A DNA stretch of 64,000 nt from Paramecium tetraurelia (Eukaryota): contig CT868034.1 in NCBI GenBank assembly GCA_000165425.1, positions 62,001 through 126,000 on the forward strand. The letters run 5' to 3'. Positions within the stretch are counted from its first letter, which is position 1; each line of letters starts with the position of its first letter. Positions 40,850 to 52,086 of this stretch are shown piece by piece. Made by a program: the position numbers and the translations under genes. The notes under the pieces were generated by a model. The model saw nothing but the letters and a program-made list of their open reading frames with translations. It was not told where the DNA came from and searched no databases.

Positions 40850-42229
40850 TCATAAGAATGGAAATCCTCTAAAATTTTCATTTCCCTTATTCTATCCAAA
40901 ATAATTCTAAAAGTTGTTCTAGAATTGTTGTCCCTATTGTTACTGTTACTGTGATTGTTGTTATTAAGATAAACTCATTAGTTCTACTTTATAGATAATA
41001 ACCTACATTAAATCAGGGCCTAACTGTTCTGTTGGACCATGAAATTAGAATCCATGTGTTATGGTTATCTCTAAAATTGATTATTGCATTGTTTCTTCAT
41101 AAAACCATTATCATATTAAGAAATGTCTTGCTTGACTAATCACTTAGAGGTTAGATTCATACTTGATTGCAATTGCTGTTCCTGTTGCTATTAGGTTTTC
41201 ATAATTTTTTCTAGAAATGAGTTATGCTCTTGGAGTTGCTTTTGATCCTTCTACTATCCAGGTTCTAAATTGGTTATTAAATATCATACTGTTTTGGTTT
41301 AATTGTTAAAGATTTAAGAGATTATTAAATTGTTAATCAATATGATTATCTTTTTTTAAATTTAAATTATTACTTGGTTCTTGGGGGGGAATTGGAGTCT
41401 AGGGAGGCACCTACACTCCCACTAGTTATTGGACTGTTTATTGGTTTTGTGATTGGTTCATGTTGGTGATCAAGGTGGCTAAAAGGTATGACAAGGTATC
41501 TATTTTTCTTTCATCAGTTTCTCTGATTCTTTTGATTTCCTTTAGAAAATTATGGATTTAGAATAGATTACTTGCCATAATAATTTATTTTCATTGATCA
41601 GATGATCATTTTGGGTCATGATTAAAATCAATGCCTTCTGTAATTCGTGTTACTTTCCCTTAATGCCGAGCATTTCGTTAAGAAAAAATTAATAATCATT
41701 TTTTAGTTTGGACATATCTACTTCCATGGAATTATTGGCTATTATAAATGACATATAATGTTACAATTCTAACTTGAATTTTAATTTCTTTCGTCAAACT
41801 ACTCGACCTACTCTCCTTGCTTTCTCTTGATCTCACACAGCAAATGCCTTTTTGACATAGGAATTAATGATTACTTATTCCCTCTCTAAAAATATTTATG
41901 TCTAAATTCGTTATCTCCCCCTTCATTTTTCATTTTATGAAAATCATACATATTCAATTATCTTACAAAAGAAGCGTAATTATTGTGCTTAAAGTGATTA
42001 GGCAACACCTAAACTATTTATGCAATAGTACTTTCTCAGCTAATTCATTGACATTTTTTACAACGAATGCTGTGCCCTCCTCATTCCAAGATATGATTTC
42101 ATTGTAATCGGGATTCTAATTAATATGTAGACATAATTTGTTTACTTCCAAAATGTCGTAGGTTTTAATTAAAAAAGAAGGAGTCGAAGCCTTTTATTTA
42201 ATATTATGTTCTTCTTTTGCTCTATCCAT
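40850..42229 (-). CDS. Heat-shock factor (HSF) DNA-binding domain protein with Q-rich C-terminus
   Basis: PSFLIKTYDILE..IISWNEEGTAFVV..FKHNNYASFVRQLNMYDFHK..EFRHKYFQRG. Confidence 0.93.
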
Positions 42230-42443
42230 AAAAAATAATTAAATATGATTTTTAGAAATTTCGATAAATCAAGTGATTGTTAGAATTTCTAAGAATAATC
42301 TTAATCTAAACTATTACTTTATATGCGCAATTTGGAATGTGCATATTTCTGGTTTTCCTGAGATCAAAGGAAATGAAGAATTTATTTAAAACTTACATAT
42401 TGTAAATTATTCTTTGCACAAAAACATAAATTTAATTGTGTTT

Positions 42444-44070
42444 TCACATAAACATTCCGTAATTTCTAGCATAAGCCATGGGTGGTAACTTCGGATGTTC
42501 CTAAAAGATTTATAGACCATAGCAAATACCACAGCATCAAATTGAATGAACTTGGGTTTCATTTCGCCTCCCTTAAATATGATAAATGCCCCCTTATTCT
42601 TCATTTGATCACAATAATTAGGAGCTGAGAAAATGGTGATGACTCTGCCATCAGCCTCCACTTCATACCCTTGGTCCTTCATCTCATGGGATCTCACCAA
42701 CAGAGCTTTAATATAGCACTAAACCTACATAAGCCATTTTCATTTAAGAATTTATGAGCAACATCAGGTCCAAAGGATATTGAAATGCCCCTCTTACTTG
42801 GATGTCTTCCATTCTACTTGATGGGATCACTCCACAACATATCAGCCATGGGACCACCTTCAGGGATCTCTCTGAAACGATTTAATTTCTGTAATTCACT
42901 GATGGTGACACCATCATTGGAGAACAATCCCTAAAATGGTAAAAGAGATCATCTTACTCCGTGAACAACCATCACTTATTTGGATAGAGTGTAAGCCAAT
43001 GGTAAATAGTTGAAAACAGTTTAGAACAATTCATAAACCTTGTCATCGTACTTGTGTTTGACTTCCCCTTCAAATCCATATAGCTTGTTCATGTTTCTGC
43101 TTTCATGATTGCCTCTTGTCAAATGCATGATGTCTGGGTTGCATACTTTCCATGCAAACAGAGTCATCATGACTTCAACACTCCAAGACCCTCTGTCCAC
43201 AAAGTCCCCATTGAATAGGTAAGGTCTATTGACTGAGGGGTTGCCATTTATTTTAAAAATGTTTACGAGATCAAAGAATTGTCCATGTGTATCTCCACAA
43301 ACAGTAAACTCAAGATCTCTAGAAAATATATGAATAAATATTTACTTAGGAACATCGTATTCCACAACGTTCTGTTGAGATTTCAATATTTCTCCCACCT
43401 TTTGTAATATCATAACTGCGTATTTTTTGTGTAATTTCTTCTGATCTTTAAAATGATTCATCAATTTCTCACACCTTGTCATAATGTATTAAGTGTTACC
43501 ATTCTGGTGTAACTTCACTGATATCGTTGTCGATTCTGGGTCCATCGTACCCTTGTTCAACATTGATGTCCTGGATATCGATTGGCTCACTCGCTTCATC
43601 TGGTCTTTCAATGGATTTTGCAAATTCTCGTTCGTAGATTGCCTACTTGATTTATTTGAGTTTTGCCTAAATGTCGGCATCTTTTCCTTGGGTGAGAGTG
43701 TCAGCCTATGCAAAATTATTATGAATTGTTTACTCTTTTGAACTCTTTTCGAGCATCGTCGAACTTTCCCAATAGTAAATAAGCAGAACCTTTTCTGTAA
43801 TAAGCCTTAATGAATCCAGAATCCTCTTTTAAAATCTCGTCGGCATCTATAATAGCGAGTCCGTAGTTTTCCATTTTGATGTGTGCAAATGCTCTATTTG
43901 ACAGACAAACAAGTCTTTGATTGCCTAGAGATGAATTACAATTGATGATTACCATTGGCTTTATCAGCAGCAGCAGTGTAGAATTCGATTGCTCTTTGGA
44001 AGTTACTCGATTTAAATTGTTCATTTCCTAGTTCTTTAAGTTTTTCAGCTTCAGGTGAATTTGGAATCAT
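42444..44070 (-). CDS. Ser/Thr protein phosphatase 5 (TPR plus PPP domain)
   Basis: TPRs ([29 protein letters not shown]), [30 protein letters not shown]. Confidence 0.95.
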
Positions 44071-44364
44071 TAATTCTAATCTATACAATAAAGAGAAATA
44101 TTTAATTTATAATGAAACACTCTGTTACTAAATCAACTGCGAATATTTTAGATACTCCTTTATTAAATCAAGGACAGATGAGAAATTAAAGGGATCTAAT
44201 TTTGAATCTATAATTTAAATATTAAAATAAAAAGAAGTTGTTTGTTTATTATTTTGGTTGCATAAGTATTTGTAATTTTTTTTAAGAATCCAAACTGAAA
44301 CATAATTTGCAATATCTATTCAGCCGATTGTAAATTGGCAATTATTTAATAATAAATAATTGAA

Positions 44365-45394
44365 ATGAATATATATTCTTGCAGCCAATAGGATTAAATT
44401 CCATCGCCGGACAATTTGAGTTAAATCAGTTGGAGTAAGGTCCATTAGAGCAGCGAATAGATTTTGGAAAGGTAAACCAATTGTTAATATAGTATGAAAA
44501 GATCAAAAAAAATCCACAAAAGACAACCTCAGGATGTTTAGTAGAAATGGTTTTCGATTTAGAAGATATCAAGTTGCAAGCTGGATATTTCTGAAAATAA
44601 CGAAATCAATTTGAGAGATTAGACTATCTACGAATTCGATTATCTAAAATTAGATTAAGATTTGTTATCCAAAAAATGTCCCATCATTGTAAATATACCT
44701 ATAGATGTGTAGATTGAAGATATTAAGTCAAAAAAAAAATATCAAATTAAACCAATTTCAATTAAATCTGACATAATAGAAGTATTTATTTGGACTAAGT
44801 ATTATTTAGAAATTATATTCTTTAAACAACAAATTTATACTGACACCTGAAAAGGTTTACAACTATTAGGCACAGACTCAAAAGATTGACGATTTGGCTA
44901 AAGAAATAAGTATTTGTATTTGATTCAATAGAGAAATTGTCCACATTTCCTTCCAGTTAATATTGTATTAATATTGTCGAAAAACAATTCTCAATTTCCT
45001 AGATGAATTGACAAATAAGCAAATTAAAACTATATTCTTAGATCTGATTTAGGGGTTGATCTCTGCCCAAGAACACTAATTAGTCTTGAAATAGATCACC
45101 TTGGAGTCTATATTATACTTTGAAGATTCCAAATCATTTAAACTGAATGATTACACTGATGCTACCGTTGGAAATAATCGATCGAATTTTCAAGACTTAG
45201 GATTTTGTTTGGCCTAAATCTTATAGTTCAAAGCCAATCCATCCAATCCCAAGACACAACCATAAGTAATTAATTAAGTAGAATGGTTATAAACGTAAAC
45301 TGAGGATCCTTTCTCATCAGTAGCCTTGAACTTGATTTTGAACGAAAAACCAATCGAAGAAATCATGAATTTATTGTAATAGATTGAGTGCTGA
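44365..45394 (+). CDS. Hypothetical protein with degenerate kinase-like C-terminal region
   Basis: Code-6 frame with tiny introns; LIQGLISAQEHQLVLKQITLESILY..FKLNDY resembles kinase subdomains VIa-VII without HRD/DFG. Confidence 0.5.
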
Positions 45395-45439
45395 TCTTCA
45401 AAACATACAGAATATCTCATAATACATAAATCATTAATT

Positions 45440-47055
45440 ATGTTTATAATTACCTAATTTCTATTTGTTCTTTCTAACGAAATTACCTGGACTAATTATT
45501 CCTTTACTTTCCCATAATTTGTTCCATTGGTGGCTGAAAAGACTGTTTTCTCAAGATCGCTGGAGGAATTTGGCTAGATATTGTACTCACCATATTTTAA
45601 CATTTTTTAGGAACATCTCTATAGAATACGATGGGGACATGGAGGAATCCATCTGTAAATTCGATTATTAATCCATTACTTTGGACAGACAGCCTGAGAG
45701 TCTGATTGCTTTGGTAAGTGACATGCAGCAGATCGACATTGACACTATGAGTACAGAAGAAATCCAGTAAGGATTTTCACATGAATTGGTGTCATACGCA
45801 ATCTCTAATAGGAATTTGATCTTATTGGAAAAAAAAGGAACAATTCATCATATGTATTATAATATTGGTGCAAAGTTTACAAATTAATCTACTCATTAAT
45901 TAATAATTCTCCAAAATGGAAATGAAAATTAATAAATTTTTACCGATAATGAGAATTATTATTATGTTGATCATCAGCAATTGATAAGATTCACAATCAA
46001 GGATAAAATGTTAGAACAGACAAAAATCCAAAATTGGAAGAAGGTGAATGGACATTTCAAAATGTTTATAAATAGAGGATTTGTATATTTGATAAATGGG
46101 AGCAAAGGAATGCGTATTTTAGAATTGTAAAATAATTTCATAATTTAAGTGAATAAATTTGTGATTGAAGTATATTAAATTTAAAATTAGGACTTTCACT
46201 AAGATTTGAATTTAGTAGATTATGCAATTGAAGGAGATTGGTTGTATTTGTTAGATTTTGAAAACGGAGTCTTTCGCTTTAATCTCACATCATTGCAATT
46301 GGATAAGAGATTCTTTATTGCCCAAAAGGGATGCAGCATAATATCTGTGAGACACAATCAGATCATGTTAATCCAATAGTAGTTATTGCATTCAGAGGTA
46401 TATGAAGGCAGAATAGTGGATAATGGATGGGGGATGACCAGAATGAAGACAGTAGCAAAGTAAATCATCAGAAATATCCAATAATTCAATAACTTTGCCT
46501 TGCTCATTAGTAATCCGACCAACAACATGTATTAAAAACATCTGCTAGACAATTTTAGTGATCCCTATCTTTCTAAAGGGTAATTATGAAAGTTGAATTA
46601 ATTTAGTTCTAATTTGCATTAGATGGAGTTTTTGGGAATGGATAAATTGGATGAGGAGTATGTAGTGGGAATCTACAGATATGGTGCAGCAATTTATTTT
46701 GCATAGGAAAGAACAGCCAAAATTTCTTGTTAGGCTAGATTGAGTTAGCAAAATAGAGTCACAGTATATTTTCATATAAAATAATTGGCAGATTCATTTG
46801 AATAGTACCAATTGTCTCAATAAAAATTAATCTGATGCATTCAATTATTGCCAAAGCAGACTGGAATACGTATTTGATGTTCATAATGTCCTGATGTCTC
46901 AATAGGAGGAAGATCTTTACGTTTACTTATGTATTCTCGCTTTGTCAATAATTATGGGACTTTTCTTGGCTATAATCTTTGTGTTCAGAAGATATCAATT
47001 AAAAAAGGAGAAGATTGATTACTTAAGAAAAAGCAAAAAGGGTCTTTAAAGTTGA
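45440..47055 (+). CDS. Type I membrane protein with large beta-rich lumenal/extracellular domain
   Basis: Signal-like MFIITQFLFVLS, propeller-like repeats (FVYLINGSKGMRIL, WLYLLDFENGVFRF), C-terminal TM LCILALSIIMGLFLAIIFVF plus basic tail. Confidence 0.7.
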
Positions 47056-47128
47056 ATAGAGAGTCTGGATTCTTGAATTTATTTTATTTATTTTAGCTTA
47101 TAGAAGGTTTATTATTTTTTATTAAATA

Positions 47129-48857
47129 ATGCAGGGACAAAGTTCGTAAGATTGGAAGACAAAAAAAGTAGATAGTTTTGTAGTTGTGAATATGAAATTG
47201 GGAAAGGGACAATTCGGAACAGTATATCGTGGTCATTATAAGGATGATCAAACTAAGCAAGTAGCAATCAAGACTATCCCCATGCATGTAATCATCTATT
47301 CACTATATACTCTAGGTTGTGCAGAATAGTGAACAATTGCAGTAACATATCAAAAGAGAGATTGCTATTCTCACAAAAATAGATCATCCCAATATTGTGA
47401 AATTGATCCATGTTACAAAGACCTCCTCCAATTTGTATATGATCTTAGAATTCTGCAAGGATGGAGACTTGGCCGAATATCTAAACAAGAAGTAAGATAA
47501 GCGATTATCCGAATTGGAGGCCGTCATCTTCTTTAAACATGTCATTAAAGGATTCCAGATCCTGCACCAAGAGAAAGTAATCCATCGAGACATCAAACCT
47601 TCAAACATCCTTTTGAATGATGGGGTAGCCAAAATTGCTGATTTTGGATTCGCAAGAATTATTGAATCTGAAATTGATAAAATGAACCTCAGTCGAGTTG
47701 GCTCTCCCATATACATGGCTCCTTAAATTTTGGAAGGAACCTATTTCACTTCCAAATGTGATATATGGTCTATAGGAGTTATGTTTTATGAATTGCTTTA
47801 TGGAGTAACTCCTTGGATCGCCAATGGACAATGCGAATTATTAGAAAAAATTACAACTTAACCTCTTTAATTTCCAGAGATTCCTGTTAGAAGTTAGAAA
47901 GTCAAGAATCTATTAAAATGTATGTTGACTGTGAATGAGGCTGATCGCATCAACTGGGAAGACCTGTTTACGAATGAGATCATTGTCATCGATGAAAAAC
48001 AAATTCATTACAATATGCAATAGATGGAAAAAGAAAAGGATCGATTAATGAGATCGATAAGTCTCAATAAAATTTATATCAATCAAAACTTGATTCTTGG
48101 ATACATGAAGGATGTAAACAAAATTGAAGAAGAGCAATTTGATGCTAAGTAAGGCATTCAATAAGCGACCTATACTGACATCTTCTAACAATATAATGCC
48201 GAGTCTGAAGAGGCAAAAACCATCCAAAAATTAAACACCATTTGCAAATACGAAAGAAACTTGGCATTCTTTTACAGTTTCCTCATCCAAGGCTTGTTTT
48301 CTATGTTGTAACAAAAGGTTATGCCCATATCCATAGAGTTATGCTTCCAGCTTATTTTTTGTATCTCCAAAAATCAACTTATTAAAATGGAGGAACTCTA
48401 TAGAGAAATAAGCAAGTCTCGAAATCCAGAGTATGAAATCTATATGAGATCTTAAGAATTTAAATAGATGTGCAAACATCTCTCTATGGATATTGATCAA
48501 GCCATGAAATTTTTTGTTGAAATTTTAAGGAAATGTTTGAGCCTTCAAAATCAAGCCAAATAAATTGTCCTCAACGAACAAACTAAAGAATTCTATTAAT
48601 AATATTTAAGCATCTTAGATAACAATTTGAACTTGACTGATCAATTTTAATAAGTTTATTATGGAACAGTAAAATTGGTCTTGGACAAGCTGACTTCTGA
48701 AACAGTAGAATTAATGAAGCTAAAGTTCTATTTAAACATTTGTTTGAATCCCAAGATGATTTTTACAGATTACAATTATGACTTTAGTAAGTTTTATGAG
48801 GAAATTCAATATGCCACAGTTGATGATTGGAAAAAAGCCCTTAAAAAGTTCAATTGA
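47129..48857 (+). CDS. Ser/Thr protein kinase (ULK/Atg1-like N-terminal kinase plus helical tail)
   Basis: LGKGQFGTVY, VAIK, HRDIKPSN, DFGFAR, GSPIYMAPQ, DIWSIG. Confidence 0.92.
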
Positions 48858-49535
48858 AAATGATACAAATATATAATAAATATTAGATTTTCAGATAGTA
48901 TTATTGATTTAAATTTTTGATTAAATTGTTCCTTTAAGTTTTTTATATATATAATGTCTCCTATTAAAGATGGAAATATAAATATGCAAAAATCCAATAG
49001 TAATTATATACCTTACACTTTTCTGAGCATATAAATTATTAGATTTGCATTTTTAATTCTTAAATTTCCTTAAAATAATGACGAAATATTATAAAATCAA
49101 TTTAGAGTATATTAACCAAAAAATATAATTGACCTAAATTAATTCATCTTGTTTGGAAGGAATAGCATTTAATAAATAAAAATATAAGTCAGTTATCTTT
49201 CATAACTATCTTTGCTATTTAGATCGAGAAATAATGCCAACTTAGGTCTGCTTTCACCACAGGGATCAAAAAATGGATCTTATTTTAAGAGTGGATTTTT
49301 TTGATTGATTTGCACTTCTAATTGTAAATGTACCTTTATAAAATTATGTTACCCTAGTTAGATTTTTAATTGATCAATATATTTTGAAAGACAACCAGGA
49401 GATAAAGGAATTACTTAAATGAAAAACTAATGTTGATTGCTCTTATTTGAAAGATTTTAATTTTTAGAGGTATTTAATAATTCCACTCAAAATTTCTGTT
49501 TTCATTTATATCCAATTCTCGAAGTTATTTGAAAA

Positions 49536-49821
49536 GTGATTCAAATTTATAAAATATTTTGAAATTCAAGAAAATATAAATTTTGATAAAGACTTACCAA
49601 TCAATTAGATAGATAATCGCAATTTTAGAAGGTTATGGATTTCAATTACTGTCTTATTACGTTAACTAGATAAGGTTGTTTATTTAAAATTTAATCCTGA
49701 GAATGTGAGCAAAAAACCTTATATGATAATCAGTAATCATATTGAACTTTATTCTAAGTTCCTGGAGCATTAATATTAAATTAGCATTTTAGTGATTCAT
49801 TAATTAATTATGGTGATTCAT
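49536..49821. promoter_or_regulatory. Three GTGATTCA (TGA-N-TCA, AP-1-like) motifs upstream of arsM
   Basis: Exact copies at 49536-49543, 49792-49799 and 49813-49820. Confidence 0.45.
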
Positions 49822-49900
49822 GAATATAATTAATTGAATTTGAATTGCATATTTAAAAATAAATTTGAAAAATCAAATTATTATTATTAAATTGATTTAA

Positions 49901-50801
49901 ATGGATAGTTGTGTTAAATAAAATTCTAATTAAAATCAATTTTGCGAACAATAGAATAGTTAATTTAAAAGTAAAATATTAAATAACAATAGAGTCAGAA
50001 AACGAACTAGCCGAAGAATCAATCATCAATAATGTCAAACTACGATATGGAGAAATCTTGGAACAAAAAGTAAATTTAGGGTGTTGCAGTACATAAGGTT
50101 GTGGAACCATAGATTATGCTATTTTCGCTGAAAAATATTAAAATCTTCAAGGATATATTCCAGAAGCTGATTTAGGCTTAGGATGCGGGATTCCAACTGA
50201 ATTCGCAGAGCTTAAAAAAGGAGATGTTGTCCTTGATTTAGGTTCAGGAGCTGGAAATGATTGTTTCATAGCAAAAGCATAAGTTGGGGAAAGTGGAAGA
50301 GTTATTGGTGTTGATATGACACCTAGTATGATACGAAAAGCTTAATTGAATTCAGATAAATATAATATTAGAAATGTTGAATTCAGATAGGGTGATATTA
50401 CAGATATACCTGTTTTGGATAACTATGTTGATGTTGTCATTAGCAATTGTGTAATCAATTTGGTACCTGATAAAAGAAAAGTATTTTCAGAAATCCATAG
50501 AGTCTTGAAATAAAATGGTCACTTCTCTATAAGTGATGTTCTTTCTACTGGTGATTTGCCTTTAGCGATTAGAAAAGCTTAGGAATTGCATATAGGTGGA
50601 GTTTCAGGCGCTCTTAGAAAAGACATTTATTTAAAAACTCTAGAAGACCTAGGATTTATTGATATCTAAATTAAAAAAGAAAAGGTAATTGATTTCCCAG
50701 ATGAACTGATGTTAAAGTATGTTTCTTAGGAAGAGTTAAACGAATTCTAGAATAGTGGAACAAAAATTTTAAGCGCAACCATTTTTGCAAGAAAAAAATG
50801 A
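49901..50801 (+). CDS. arsM: Arsenite S-adenosylmethionine methyltransferase (ArsM/AS3MT family), bacterial type
   Basis: [60 protein letters not shown]; one 22-nt intron 49971-49992; 293 codons including stop. Confidence 0.93.
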
Positions 50802-52086
50802 TTAATATAGTAAAAATTATACATTAATGATTTTTGATATTTATGAGTAAGAAAGAATTCTAATACTTTTCCTGAATAATATTATTTGTGAGTGCCTAAA
50901 CATTAAAATTTAAAAAATCATAGTGAAGGTAAAAACTATTTTTCCTTTGTCTATTCCTAGTTAATTACATAAAGTTTTAGAGAAAAAAAATTATGCTAAT
51001 AATTTTATCAAATTATTTTATGAGATCAGATACTTGGTTAAACTAATTATTTATTACCTGATCACTAATATTTAAGCTATAAAATAAATTTTCAGGAATT
51101 CTAATAAGTCTTATAATAATAAATAAAAGAAACATAAAAATCTAAATTGCAAAAGAAGAAAGAATGCATTGTTTAAAATAAATAAAATTAAATTTATTGC
51201 AACCAATTGAAACAAGAAACAGCTAAAAATGACCAATTCTGATATCAAATTAATAAGATGTCTAAGATCATTGTCATTTTTAATGAAATATAAAACAACT
51301 TCTATATTGTTATTTCTTTCATAGAATGTATTTCAGAACTCATTTGAGCGCATTTTATTCTATTCTTGTTCTTTCTTTCAATGGAATGACTTTTACTCAT
51401 TATTTAAAAAAATTATTTAATCTATGTTATTTTTCAATTGTGGCTCTTAGAAAGTGATCAAGTTGCATGAATTTTCATATAAATCATTCATATATATCAC
51501 AAATCGAAAAAATAATACAACATCATTAGAATTTAGATTTTTTAATTTTAGGAATTTAGAATTATTATTTTAGAAAAAGACATAAAAACTAGTTAAAAGT
51601 TATGGCATCTCTTTTATTTTTAGCTTCTCTAATTACTAACCTCCTCATTTCAAATTCCTCTCATTCCCACTTTAATTCTCCATTTATTCTTTTCTAATTG
51701 TTTATTTTTCTGGTCATTAACTCATTAAATTTTCATCCTTCTAAATGAGTACTTATAGATTGAAGTATGTTGATGACTGATGATTTTTATGTATGAATAT
51801 AATAGTTTAAGTTATAATTTTGTTTAGTCAAAATATAGACATGGAGTATATAATGTTGGATTTTTACAAAAATTTCCTGAATTCACAAATTGCCAGTTGT
51901 TTAGGTAGGTAGACTAGTGTTTAGAATTTCGTAATGAACGTAGAAGTTAATAAAATCTTTATAAATAATGTGGAATAATTTATAGATAGTACGATTTAAC
52001 TTGATTAAAATGAATTATCAGAAATTCCATTATTTATAGTATAAAGCTTTTTAGGAATTTCATTTCTTCATAAAAAAATATAAATA

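Noticed and set aside
49901..50801. arsM as bacterial contamination
   Set aside because: Uses TAA/TAG as Gln, has a Paramecium-type 22-nt intron and AT-rich ciliate flanks
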